Source: Gemmatimonadaceae bacterium
Lineage (GTDB): Bacteria > Gemmatimonadota > Gemmatimonadetes > Gemmatimonadales > Gemmatimonadaceae
Length of the DNA: 50,884 nt
Reading direction: 5' to 3'
Assembly (NCBI GenBank): GCA_033763905.1
Contig: JANRJP010000123.1
Span: 1 to 50,884 of the forward strand
A program made the translations under genes and the position numbers. Positions 19,767-28,683 of this stretch are shown in pieces (position 1 is the first letter of the stretch; every line of letters starts with the position of its first letter). The notes under the pieces are model-generated. The model ran no database searches and was not told the origin of the DNA. It was given only the letters and a program-made list of their open reading frames with translations.

Positions 19767-21001
19767 CACGCGGCGCGCGCGACCGCTGGCGCACGAGGCG
19801 CTGCAGGACGGAACGCGACGGCAAAGAGCAGGAACACCGCCGCCGCACCAGCGGCAGGAATCAGCCAGATCGTGGTCCAATCGTGCCCGCCGCTCGCGGT
19901 CACGTTGGCAGACACGACGCGACCGCTCAGCCAAGAGCCGACGAACTGCCCGGCGCCGGTCGTGAGCACCGTCAGAAAGCCCTGCGCCGCCGCACGGATC
20001 TTCACGTCGGCGCGCTCGTCCACCCAGATCTGGCCGGTGACGAAGAAGAAGTCGTAGCAGATGCCGTGCAGAATGATGCCGGTGTAGAGCAGCGGCATCA
20101 GCGGCCCCGCATCGCCGAAGGCGAAGCACACGTAGCGAATCGCCCACGCGAGCATCCCGACCAGCAGCATCTTCTTGACGCCGAGTCGGACCGCAAAGAA
20201 GGGCATCAGCAGCATAAAGCCGATTTCGCTCATCTGGCCGAGCGTCATCTTGCTCGCGGCGGCGGCAACGCCGATTTCGTTCAGGTAGACGTTGGTGAAC
20301 GCGTAGTAGAACTGCAGCGGAATGCAGACCAGAAAGCTGCCGATCGCAAACACGGCGAAGGCGGGATCCTTGAGCAGCGCGAGCGCATCGAGGCCGAGGA
20401 CGGCGCGAACGGTGACGCGCTCGCCCTTGGCCGCTGGCGGGGTGTGCGGCAGGAACAGCGCGAACGCGGCCATCGCCAGCGAGCCGCCAGCGGCCAGGCG
20501 CAGCGGGACCGCCGAGGCTTCAATCGCCATCGAGCCCACGAGCAGGCCGGCGACGATCCATCCAATGGTGCCGAGCACGCGTACCCGGGGAAACTCGCGC
20601 GAGGCGTCCGCCAGATGATGGAAGGCCACGGCGTTCGTGAGCGACAAGGTCGGCACGAAGCACAGGGCGTAGCCCAGCAGCAGTGCGTAGAGCGGGCCGA
20701 ACTCGGTTTGCCCTGACGCGATCCAGAGGAGCGCGGCTCCCGCGACGTGGAGGGCGACCAGCAGCTTCTCGGACGCAAAGAACCGGTCGGCGATCATCCC
20801 GACCGTGAACGGGCTGACGATGGCGCCCAAGTTGAGTGTGCCGTACGCCAGGCCGATTTGTTCGCCATTGAACGACAAGCCCTGGGCCATCCAGGTGCCC
20901 GCCGTGACGAACCAGCAGCCCCAGACGAAGTACTGCACGAACATCATCGCCGAGAGCTTGGTGCGCACCCCGGCGGACGTGGTGGCGCCGATGGCGCTCA
21001 C
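19766..21001 (-). CDS. MFS transporter, nucleoside:H+ symporter (NupG/YegT-like) family
   Basis: GTGA overlap; KLSAMMFVQYFVWGCW, ADRFFASEK, RVLGTIGWI, GQMSEI, LHGICYDFFFVTGQI; about 12 TM segments. Confidence 0.92.
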   Translation of the reverse strand: MSAIGATTSAGVRTKLSAMMFVQYFVWGCWFVTAGTWMAQGLSFNGEQIGLAYGTLNLGAIVSPFTVGMIADRFFASEKLLVALHVAGAALLWIASGQTEFGPLYALLLGYALCFVPTLSLTNAVAFHHLADASREFPRVRVLGTIGWIVAGLLVGSMAIEASAVPLRLAAGGSLAMAAFALFLPHTPPAAKGERVTVRAVLGLDALALLKDPAFAVFAIGSFLVCIPLQFYYAFTNVYLNEIGVAAAASKMTLGQMSEIGFMLLMPFFAVRLGVKKMLLVGMLAWAIRYVCFAFGDAGPLMPLLYTGIILHGICYDFFFVTGQIWVDERADVKIRAAAQGFLTVLTTGAGQFVGSWLSGRVVSANVTASGGHDWTTIWLIPAAGAAAVFLLFAVAFRPAAPRAPAVARAA

Positions 21002-21696
21002 TTGAACTCCCGAAGTTCGATGTTCCGGTACCACACGCGGTCCCCGTGGTCCTGGAGCACGATTAGGCCGCGCGCGAAGGTGCCGTACTTCGGCATATCC
21101 TTGAACTTCGAGGCGGCGACACGCCGCTTCCATTCGTCGTCGCCCAGCGTGTAGGCCACGACCCGCCGGCCATTGAGCCAGTGTTCGACGCGGTTGCCGC
21201 GGACGCGGAGCCGAGCCGCGTTCCATTCACCCGCCGGTCGAACGGCGCCCGCTGCGGCGGCGTAGAGGCCGAAGTTCGCACCCGCCGAGGTCTCGCGGAG
21301 CTTGCCGTCGGCGTGGCCTGCGTCGTCGAGCACCTGCATTTCCGGCGCGCCTTCCCAGGGGTACGTCGTGGTTTCGGACGCGTGCCAGAAGATGCCGCTG
21401 TTGCCGCCCGGTGCGATCTTCCATTCGAGGCGCAGTTCGAAGTCCCCGAGCTCGCGGTCGAACAGGATGTCCCCGCCCTCACCAACCCGGGCGATGGCAC
21501 CGTCTTCGACCGCCCAGCCCTTGGCGCCGCTGGGCTGCCGCCAGCCGCGCCAGCCGGTGAGCGTGCTGCCGTCGAAGATCCGCTCCCACCCGCCCCGTCG
21601 TGCCGAGGGCGCGGCCGCCGCATTGTCGGCACGCTGTGCGTCGGTGATGGCGGGGACGAACAGCAGGAGGGTCGTGCAGGCGACGAGACGAATCAC
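20998..21696 (-). CDS. DUF1080 protein (3-keto-glycoside lyase/hydratase family), secreted
   Basis: GGAG RBS and GTG 21696; signal peptide; FDG.TL.GW, DFELRLEWKI..GGNSGIF, EMQVLD, GEWN, LQDHG..VWYRNI. Confidence 0.92.
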   Translation of the reverse strand: MIRLVACTTLLLFVPAITDAQRADNAAAAPSARRGGWERIFDGSTLTGWRGWRQPSGAKGWAVEDGAIARVGEGGDILFDRELGDFELRLEWKIAPGGNSGIFWHASETTTYPWEGAPEMQVLDDAGHADGKLRETSAGANFGLYAAAAGAVRPAGEWNAARLRVRGNRVEHWLNGRRVVAYTLGDDEWKRRVAASKFKDMPKYGTFARGLIVLQDHGDRVWYRNIELREFK

Positions 21697-21766
21697 GGCA
21701 GGCTCCGGGCGCGAGGGGCGACGCCAACATACCCGCTGCTTCGCCCGCGAGCTACCTTCCTCGCCT

Positions 21767-21877
21767 ATGCCGTCCGACGATCCGCGCGCCCGCTTCCGCC
21801 AGACGCTCGTTCGGGTGCTCACCGTACAGGTAGTCGCGGTGCTCGCGCTGTACCTGCTGCAGCTCCGGTACCACTGA
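21767..21877 (+). CDS. 36-aa single-TM small protein immediately upstream of the SSS transporter
   Basis: MPSDDPRARFRQTLVRVLTVQVVAVLALYLLQLRYH; its TGA directly abuts the symporter ATG (TGAATG). Confidence 0.65.
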   Translation: MPSDDPRARFRQTLVRVLTVQVVAVLALYLLQLRYH

Positions 21878-23554
21878 ATGCGCACCCTCGATTGGCTGGT
21901 CGTCGGGGCGTGGCTGATCTTCGTCGTGGGCGACTCCCTCCGGCGGACGCGCGGCACGACCGGATTGGCGGGGTACTTCCTCGCCAATCGCTCGCTGCCG
22001 TGGTGGGCGGTCGGACTGTCGGTGATGGCCACGCAGCTGTCCGCGATCACGATGATCGGCACGACCGGGCAGGGGGCTACCGATGGCCTGCGTTTCGTGC
22101 AGTTCTACTTCGGACTGCCGCTCGCGATGGTGATCCTGGGCGTCACGCTGGTGCCGTTTCTGCACGGCGCCGGCGTGTACACCGCCTATGAGTATCTGGA
22201 GCGGCGCTTCGACGCCCGGACGCGATCGCTGACGGCCTTCCTCTTCCTCTGCAGCCGCGGCTTGAGCTGCGGGACGATCATTGCCGCGCCTGCGGTCGTG
22301 TTCGCGAGCATCTTCGGTTGGGATCTGCGCGTCACGGTGGCGCTGATCGGGGTGCCGACCGTGCTCTACACGATGATCGGCGGCGTGCAGGCCGTCGCGT
22401 GGGCCGATGTGAAGCAGATGTTCGTGATTGTCGGCAGCCTGGTCGCGATCGTCGTGGTGCTGCTGGTCAAGATTCCCGTGGGCGCTCCGGACGTGATGGA
22501 GATCGCCGGAGCGGCGGGACGGCTCAAGGCCCTCGACTTCACGTTCGACGTCACGCAGACCTACACCGTCTGGTCGGGATTGATCGGCGGCACGTTCCTG
22601 ATGCTGTCGTATTTCGGCACCGATCAGTCGCAGGTCCAGCGCTACCTCACCGCCAAGTCGGTGGACGAAGCACGGACCTCGCTGCTGATGAGTGCGTACT
22701 GGAAGATTCCGCTTCAGGCGCTGATCCTGATGATCGGCGTGCTGATCTTCGTGTTCTACGTGTTCGTGCGGCCGCCGCTGCTCTTCAACCCGGTGCACGA
22801 CGCCAAGGTGAAGGCCGCCGAGCCGCAGCAGTATGAAGTGCTCGACGCGCGCTACGGGGCGGCGCTTGGCGCGCGGACGTCGGCCGCGCGGCAGGTTGCA
22901 ATGGAACGCACGCCGGACACCCGCGCCCTGCTCAAGAGCGCCGACTCGTCGGTGAACGCGGTGCGCGCGGAGGCGCTGAGTCTCGTCACGAAGGTGACGG
23001 GGGAATCCAAGCCGCGGGACGTGAATTACATCATACCGCACTTCGTGCGGACGCAGCTGCCGGTGGGTCTGGCCGGGCTGTTCATTGCGGCGATTCTCGC
23101 GGCGGCGATGTCGGCAGTGTCGGCCGAGCTCAACTCGCTGGCGTCCGCGTCGGTGATCGACTTCTATCGGCGCTGGGTCAAGGCGGATGCGTCGGACGAC
23201 CACTACTTGATGATCAGCAAGGGCGCGACCGCGTTCTGGGGGCTGTGTGCGTGCGTGGTCGCGACCTACGCCGCGTCCCTCGGCAGCTTGATTGAGGTGG
23301 TGAACCGCTTCGGTTCGTTCTTCTACGGGTCGATCCTTGGCGTGTTCCTGCTGGCGATGGTCAAGCGGTCGACGGCCCTTGGCGCGTTCGTCGGATTGAT
23401 CGTCGGAATGGGGACGGTATTCGCCGTGTCGACGTGGCTGCCGTCGGTGGCGTTCCTATGGCATAACGTGATCGGCGCGGTGACGGTGTTCGTCGTTGGC
23501 ACGTTGCTGAGCGTGGCGCGTCCGGCGGTACCTGACGCACCGGCGGCCGCGTGA
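21878..23554 (+). CDS. Sodium:solute symporter (SSS) family transporter
   Basis: YFLANRSLPWWAVGLSVMAT, YEYLERRF, GTDQSQVQRYL, GLFIAAILAAAMS. Confidence 0.95.
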   Translation: MRTLDWLVVGAWLIFVVGDSLRRTRGTTGLAGYFLANRSLPWWAVGLSVMATQLSAITMIGTTGQGATDGLRFVQFYFGLPLAMVILGVTLVPFLHGAGVYTAYEYLERRFDARTRSLTAFLFLCSRGLSCGTIIAAPAVVFASIFGWDLRVTVALIGVPTVLYTMIGGVQAVAWADVKQMFVIVGSLVAIVVVLLVKIPVGAPDVMEIAGAAGRLKALDFTFDVTQTYTVWSGLIGGTFLMLSYFGTDQSQVQRYLTAKSVDEARTSLLMSAYWKIPLQALILMIGVLIFVFYVFVRPPLLFNPVHDAKVKAAEPQQYEVLDARYGAALGARTSAARQVAMERTPDTRALLKSADSSVNAVRAEALSLVTKVTGESKPRDVNYIIPHFVRTQLPVGLAGLFIAAILAAAMSAVSAELNSLASASVIDFYRRWVKADASDDHYLMISKGATAFWGLCACVVATYAASLGSLIEVVNRFGSFFYGSILGVFLLAMVKRSTALGAFVGLIVGMGTVFAVSTWLPSVAFLWHNVIGAVTVFVVGTLLSVARPAVPDAPAAA

Positions 23555-25059
23555 GCCGCGTCCCGTCGACGGGCGACGCATCCGCGAGCCGCGCGTCGCA
23601 GACGCCCGGCCTCCGCCGTGAACTCGGCCTGCTGGCGCTCGTGGCCACTGGCGTGGGCTCGATGGTTGGCGCGGGGATCAACATCGTGCCGTTCGTCCTG
23701 CAGCGCACGGTGCCGGGCATCGGTCCGTGGGTGCTGCCCGCCTATATGCTCGCGGCGGTGCCGGCGATTCTGGCGGCGCTCTGCTACGCGATGCTCGGGA
23801 GCGCGATGCCGCGTGCCGGCGGCAGCTACGTGTACGCCAGTCGAGCGCTGGGTGCGTATGGCGGATTCGTGGCGAGCTTTTCGCAGTGGTTCGGGCTCTG
23901 CATCGCGATCGGCGTGGTGTCGTACGTGATTCCGCCATTTCTGCGCGACGTGGCCTTGGCCGCTTCACTGCAGGAGGTCGCGGCGCTGCTGGAACGTGGT
24001 CCGGTGCGTGTGGGCATCGCCCTTGGCTTCCTGTGGTTGTTCGTGCTCGTGAACTTGCGCGGCGTGAAGGCGGTGGCGACGACCCTCGTGCCGCTGATGT
24101 TCCTCACGTTCGGCTGTGGCGGGCTGGTGATTCTGGTCGGTCTCACGCACACGCCGGCAGACTATGCCGCGGCGGTGGCGCCAAGCACGACACCGCCATT
24201 CGCGGCGGATGCGTCGGCGCTCTGGCCGGCGGCGGCCGTGCTGTTCTCGAGCTTCATCGGGTTTGACTCGATCGCGCAAGCGGGCGGCGAGGCCAAGAAC
24301 CCCGCGCGCAATCTGCCGCTGGCGATTGCCTTGGCGGTGGGGTCGGTGGGGCTGTTCTACTTTGCCTTCACGTGGGCCGTGTATCACGCGGTGCCGTGGC
24401 AGGCGGTGTCATCGGCAGCGCAGGAGCGCGATGTCACGGCGCCCGGCTTGCTGGCGGCGGTCAGTCCGTCGGGCATTGTGTCGGGCGTGATGCTCGCGGG
24501 CGCGGCGGTCTCGTTAATCAAGGACCTCCCGGGCATGCTGCTCGGTGTGTCGCGGCTGTGCTTCGCGTGGGCGACGGACGGCATTTTTCCCTCGCGCATC
24601 GCGGCGGTGCATCCCTCCACGGGAGCGCCCCACATTGCGTTGCTCGCGTCGGCGCTGCTGGCGACCGGGTCGGTGCTTGGCGGCCACTTTGCCGGCGAGT
24701 TCTTTCTGGGCGTCGACATTCTGGTGACCGCGATGCTGGTGAACTTCGTCCTGATCGCGGTGTCGGTGTTGCGGTTGCCGTCGCAGAATCCCGCGTTGGC
24801 TGCGGCGGTGACGGTGTTGCCGTCGCGCGTCGCGCAGCGGGTGGTGGCAGTGTCGGCGCTGGTGCTGCTGAGTGGACTGCTGGCGGTGCACACGTGGCGC
24901 GATCTCACGGCGGGGAGCGCCGCGTGGTATGCGCGCTCGACGCCCGTCTGGGTGCTGGTGATGGCCGTCGGTACCGTGATCTACTGGCGCGAGACGCGCG
25001 CCCTCGCGGCACGCGGGGGCGATTTGCGCGCCATCACCGCCGTGCTTCCTCCGGAGTAA
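23551..25059 (+). CDS. APC family amino acid/amine permease
   Basis: GTGA overlap; LRRELG, GSMVGAGI, MPRAGGSYVY, GGEAKNPARNLP, SR..FAWA.DG.FP. Confidence 0.93.
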   Translation: MSRVPSTGDASASRASQTPGLRRELGLLALVATGVGSMVGAGINIVPFVLQRTVPGIGPWVLPAYMLAAVPAILAALCYAMLGSAMPRAGGSYVYASRALGAYGGFVASFSQWFGLCIAIGVVSYVIPPFLRDVALAASLQEVAALLERGPVRVGIALGFLWLFVLVNLRGVKAVATTLVPLMFLTFGCGGLVILVGLTHTPADYAAAVAPSTTPPFAADASALWPAAAVLFSSFIGFDSIAQAGGEAKNPARNLPLAIALAVGSVGLFYFAFTWAVYHAVPWQAVSSAAQERDVTAPGLLAAVSPSGIVSGVMLAGAAVSLIKDLPGMLLGVSRLCFAWATDGIFPSRIAAVHPSTGAPHIALLASALLATGSVLGGHFAGEFFLGVDILVTAMLVNFVLIAVSVLRLPSQNPALAAAVTVLPSRVAQRVVAVSALVLLSGLLAVHTWRDLTAGSAAWYARSTPVWVLVMAVGTVIYWRETRALAARGGDLRAITAVLPPE

Positions 25060-25061
25060 CG

Positions 25062-26513
25062 ATGACGATTCCCCGCGCTCGACTTGGCGCGTCACTCGAG
25101 ATCTCGCGCGTCCTCACCGGGTTGTGGCAACTGGCCGATCTGGAGCGGGACGGCCGCGTGCTCGACCGACAGGCGGCCGCAGCCGCGATGGCAGCGTACG
25201 TGGACGCCGGGCTCACCACCTTCGATATGGCGGACCACTACGGGTCCGCCGAAGACGTGACGGGCATCTTCCGTACCGACGTGATGCCGGGGGCTCGCGC
25301 GCAGTTTCTGACGAAGTGGGTGCCAGAGCCAGGTCCTGTGACCCGGGAGCAGACGCGTGCGGCGGTGACGCGCGCGTTGACGCGAATGCGCAGCGAGCGA
25401 TTGGATCTGCTCCAGTTCCACGCGTGGACGTTCGCCGATCCGCGCTGGCTGGATGCGCTGGAGCATCTCGAGGCGTTGCGGGACGAAGGGCTGATCGGTG
25501 GCGTCGGGCTGACCAACGTCGACACGGCGCATCTGCGCGTCGCGGTCGCGAGCGGTCATCGCATCGTCAGCAATCAGGTGAGCGGCTCGCTGATCGATCG
25601 GCGCTTCGTGACCAAGCTGGCGCCGTATGCGGCGACGCACGGCGTCGGGCTCTTGTGCTACGGCACGGTGTTGGGCGGCTTCCTGAGCGAGCGCTGGCTT
25701 GGGGCGCCCGAGCCCGACTGGAACGCCCTCGAGACCTGGTCGCAGATGAAGTACGGTCGCTTCATTCGCGCGGCCGGCGGCTGGGCGCCGTTCCAAACCG
25801 TGTTGCGCGCCGCCGACCAGATCGCGAAGAAGCACGGCGTCTCGATCGCGAACGTGGCCTGCCGGTGGGTGCTCGATCAGCCCGGCGTCACGGGCATCAT
25901 CGTTGGGGCGCGCTTGTCGAAGTCGGCGCACATCGACGACACGCGGCGCATCTTCGGCTTTGCGTTGGATGATGCAGACCGCGAGGCGCTGCGCGTGGCG
26001 CAGGATGGGCTGGCGATGATTCCGGGCGATTGCGGCGACGAGTACCGCACGCCGCCATTTCTGACGGCGAGCGGGGACTTGAGCCATCACGTCTCGGCGT
26101 TTCCGAAGCCGTTCGAGGTGCGCGAGGGGACCGGCGGCCGCACCTTGGCGTTGAGCGGGACGGTTTGGGAGCCGATGGCGGGCTACAGCCGCGCCACGCG
26201 GAAGGGGAACGTGATCTCGGTCTCGGGCACCACCGCCACGCACGGCACGCGCGTGATCGGCGGAACGGATCCCGCCGCGCAGGCACACTTCGCGATCGAC
26301 AAGATCGCGGGGGCGCTGCACTCGTTGGGTGGCTCCTTGGAGCAGGTGATCCGCACGCGGGTGTTCGTGTCGAACGTGGTGCACTGGGAGCCGGTGGCGC
26401 GGGCACACGGCGAGCGCTTTGGGCATATCCTGCCGGCGAACACGTTGGTGGAGGCGCGGCTGGTGGGCGAGGAGTATCTGGTGGAGATCGAGGCCGATGC
26501 GATCGTCGACTGA
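25062..26513 (+). CDS. Aldo/keto reductase fused to a C-terminal Rid (YjgF/UK114) domain
   Basis: GGAG RBS; AKR residues in FDMADHYG, FLTKW, DLLQFH; Rid domain WEPMAGYSRA...VSGTT...VIRTRVFV...PANTLV...LVEIEADA. Confidence 0.9.
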   Translation: MTIPRARLGASLEISRVLTGLWQLADLERDGRVLDRQAAAAAMAAYVDAGLTTFDMADHYGSAEDVTGIFRTDVMPGARAQFLTKWVPEPGPVTREQTRAAVTRALTRMRSERLDLLQFHAWTFADPRWLDALEHLEALRDEGLIGGVGLTNVDTAHLRVAVASGHRIVSNQVSGSLIDRRFVTKLAPYAATHGVGLLCYGTVLGGFLSERWLGAPEPDWNALETWSQMKYGRFIRAAGGWAPFQTVLRAADQIAKKHGVSIANVACRWVLDQPGVTGIIVGARLSKSAHIDDTRRIFGFALDDADREALRVAQDGLAMIPGDCGDEYRTPPFLTASGDLSHHVSAFPKPFEVREGTGGRTLALSGTVWEPMAGYSRATRKGNVISVSGTTATHGTRVIGGTDPAAQAHFAIDKIAGALHSLGGSLEQVIRTRVFVSNVVHWEPVARAHGERFGHILPANTLVEARLVGEEYLVEIEADAIVD

Positions 26514-26574
26514 CGGGTTGACGAAGCTCCGCCGGGCCTTCAGCGTTCGCGGTATGCTGCCTCCCACCTCGCAC

Positions 26575-27459
26575 GTGCGCGCGACCCTGCACCTCGGCGC
26601 CGTCGTGCTGGCATTCGTCGCCGCCTGTTCTGATCCCGCGCCGTCGCCGCAGCAGTTGCGGACGGGGGAGTTCGTCTTCAGCTCCGATTGGAGCACCGCG
26701 ACGGGGACGTCCGATGCCGCGCTGCGTGATGGCGGGAAGTGGAACACTCTTTACTGCCAGCAGGCGGGGCAGACGGTCACGGTGATTCCGGGCAGCAGTG
26801 TTGGCTGGTCGAAGACGCCCAACGTGTTGCGCTTGCAGCAGCTGGGGCCGAACTCGTGCGGCACGCTCGAGAAGGTGGATCTGCTGCCGGCGAGCACGAG
26901 TCACTGGGGGCGCTTCTATTTCCGGAACGACGAGACCGGGACGCAGCACAATCACGTCGCCACCTACAACCCGGGGGTGGGTGCGCCGATCCAGTTGGCC
27001 TTCTGGAATCGCAATGGCGCCGCGTCGGGCGTCAGCATTTTCCTGCGCACCTACTACCGCGCCAACGGTACGCTGACGGACTACCCGACGAACATCTGGT
27101 TCATCGGCACGGCGAATCGCGCGGGGATCGACCGCTTGGCGAACGGTACGTGGTACCGGTACGAGTGGCATATGGAGTACGTCACGCCGACGACGTATCG
27201 CATTTGGCCGCGCATCTACGATATGTCGGGCCAACTGCTCTACGACGCCACGCGCTTCTTCCAGAGCGACTATCCGCAGAGCGGGCCGCATTCGCTGGCG
27301 ACCTGGTATGCCGCGGGGAACACCTTCGGGTTCACCGACGTGAACCTCGGCCGACGTCTGGGCCTCGGCAACGAGGGTCCGGGGGGCTCGACCAACACGG
27401 GCGGCTACTGGTATCACGCCGACGTCGCCATCAGCACGACGGGCTGGATCGGTCAGTAG
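26575..27459 (+). CDS. Hypothetical lipoprotein, aromatic-rich beta protein
   Basis: Lipoprotein signal MRATLHLGAVVLAFVAAC from GTG 26575 (alternative ATG 26554); rich in W, Y, N, T and G. Confidence 0.75.
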   Translation: MRATLHLGAVVLAFVAACSDPAPSPQQLRTGEFVFSSDWSTATGTSDAALRDGGKWNTLYCQQAGQTVTVIPGSSVGWSKTPNVLRLQQLGPNSCGTLEKVDLLPASTSHWGRFYFRNDETGTQHNHVATYNPGVGAPIQLAFWNRNGAASGVSIFLRTYYRANGTLTDYPTNIWFIGTANRAGIDRLANGTWYRYEWHMEYVTPTTYRIWPRIYDMSGQLLYDATRFFQSDYPQSGPHSLATWYAAGNTFGFTDVNLGRRLGLGNEGPGGSTNTGGYWYHADVAISTTGWIGQ

Positions 27460-27468
27460 GTCCACGCG

Positions 27469-27490
27469 ACCGGCGGCGTCGGCCGCCGGT
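27469..27490. terminator. Hairpin between convergent genes
   Basis: ACCGGCGGC-GTCG-GCCGCCGGT, perfect 9-bp stem. Confidence 0.6.
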
Positions 27491-27492
27491 GT

Positions 27493-27828
27493 TCAGCCCC
27501 GGCGCCGGCGGTAGAGCGCGCCCCATTCCCGCAGGGCCTCGATGGCCGGCAGCGCGGTGCGCCCCAACGCGGTGATCTCGTAGTCGACGTGCGGCGGTAC
27601 CACCGGATGTACGGTACGCGTGATGAGGCCGGCGCCCTCGAGCTCACGCAACTGCTGCGTGAGCATCTTGTGCGACACCCGCTTCAAGTCCCGGTGCAGC
27701 GCGTTGTACCGCCACGTGCGCTGATTGAGCCGCCAGAGGATCGGCATCTTCCACTTGCCGCCAATGGCGTGGAGCGCGAGTTCGACCGGGCTCTGAAAGA
27801 CCTGTCCCTCGAAGATGAATTCCGGCAT
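27493..27828 (-). CDS. HxlR/DUF24 family winged-helix regulator
   Basis: PVELAL..IGGKWK..IL, SHKMLTQQLRELE..GLI.R, VPP.V.YEIT.LG. Confidence 0.93.
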   Translation of the reverse strand: MPEFIFEGQVFQSPVELALHAIGGKWKMPILWRLNQRTWRYNALHRDLKRVSHKMLTQQLRELEGAGLITRTVHPVVPPHVDYEITALGRTALPAIEALREWGALYRRRRG

Positions 27829-27846
27829 AGCACTCTCTATTGAGTA

Positions 27847-27871
27847 AGTATCTACCCAAAAAGTACATACT
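27847..27871. promoter_or_regulatory. Inverted repeat, probable HxlR operator
   Basis: AGTATCTAC-CCAAAAA-GTACATACT (9-7-9, one mismatch) in an AT-rich divergent intergenic region. Confidence 0.6.
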
Positions 27872-27927
27872 GTTGATGATGAAGGCGTGCTCGTAGCCTG
27901 AGGGGCGTCCCACAACCCCACGGAGCA

Positions 27928-28674
27928 ATGAGCGCGAACCCGAACGTGACGAACCCCGACCGCCGCAAGCGCATTCTGCTGATCGCGGCGAACCCTGCGA
28001 CGAGTCCAACCACCGGCTGGCCGATCGGCTTCTGGTGGGCCGAGCTGACGCATCCGTATTGGGCGTTCACGGAGGCCGGCTACGAGGTCGAGATTCGCAG
28101 TCCGAACGGCGGCGCCCTGACGCCGGATGGCTACTCCGACCCGGAAGACGCCAGCGGCTACTCGGCGCACGACATTCTGTCGCTCGGTTTCAAGAAGTCC
28201 CCGACGCACGCTGCGTTGCTGGCGAACACGTCGTCGATTGCCGGGGTCTCGCCGACGAGCTACGACGCGATCTTCGTGACCGGCGGGCAGTCACCGATGG
28301 TCACCTTCCGCGGCAATGCCGCGATGCAGCAGTTGGTCGCCGCCTTCTACGAGGCGGGGAAGGTCGTTGCGCTGGTCTGTCACGGAACGTGCCTGTTGCT
28401 CGAGACACGACTCGCCAATGGCGAGTTGCTCGTGAAGGGCAAGACCTGGACGGGATTCGCCAACTCGGAAGAAGTCTTTGCGGACAGCTTCGTCGGCAAG
28501 CGCATCCAGCCGTTCTGGATCGAAGAGGAGGCCCGCGCAATTCCCGACACCAACTTCGTCGTCGACCAGCGCTTCCGTGAGTTCGCCGTGCGGGATGGTC
28601 GGCTGATCACCGGGCAGCAGCAGTTCTCCGGGGCCGCCGCGGCCCGACTGGTGATTGAAACACTCGGTCGCTGA
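27928..28674 (+). CDS. DJ-1/PfpI (type 1 glutamine amidotransferase-like) protein
   Basis: GGAG RBS; GFWWAELTHPY (Glu), YDAIFVTGG, nucleophile CHG, DGRLITGQ. Confidence 0.92.
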   Translation: MSANPNVTNPDRRKRILLIAANPATSPTTGWPIGFWWAELTHPYWAFTEAGYEVEIRSPNGGALTPDGYSDPEDASGYSAHDILSLGFKKSPTHAALLANTSSIAGVSPTSYDAIFVTGGQSPMVTFRGNAAMQQLVAAFYEAGKVVALVCHGTCLLLETRLANGELLVKGKTWTGFANSEEVFADSFVGKRIQPFWIEEEARAIPDTNFVVDQRFREFAVRDGRLITGQQQFSGAAAARLVIETLGR

Positions 28675-28683
28675 GCGCGTCCG

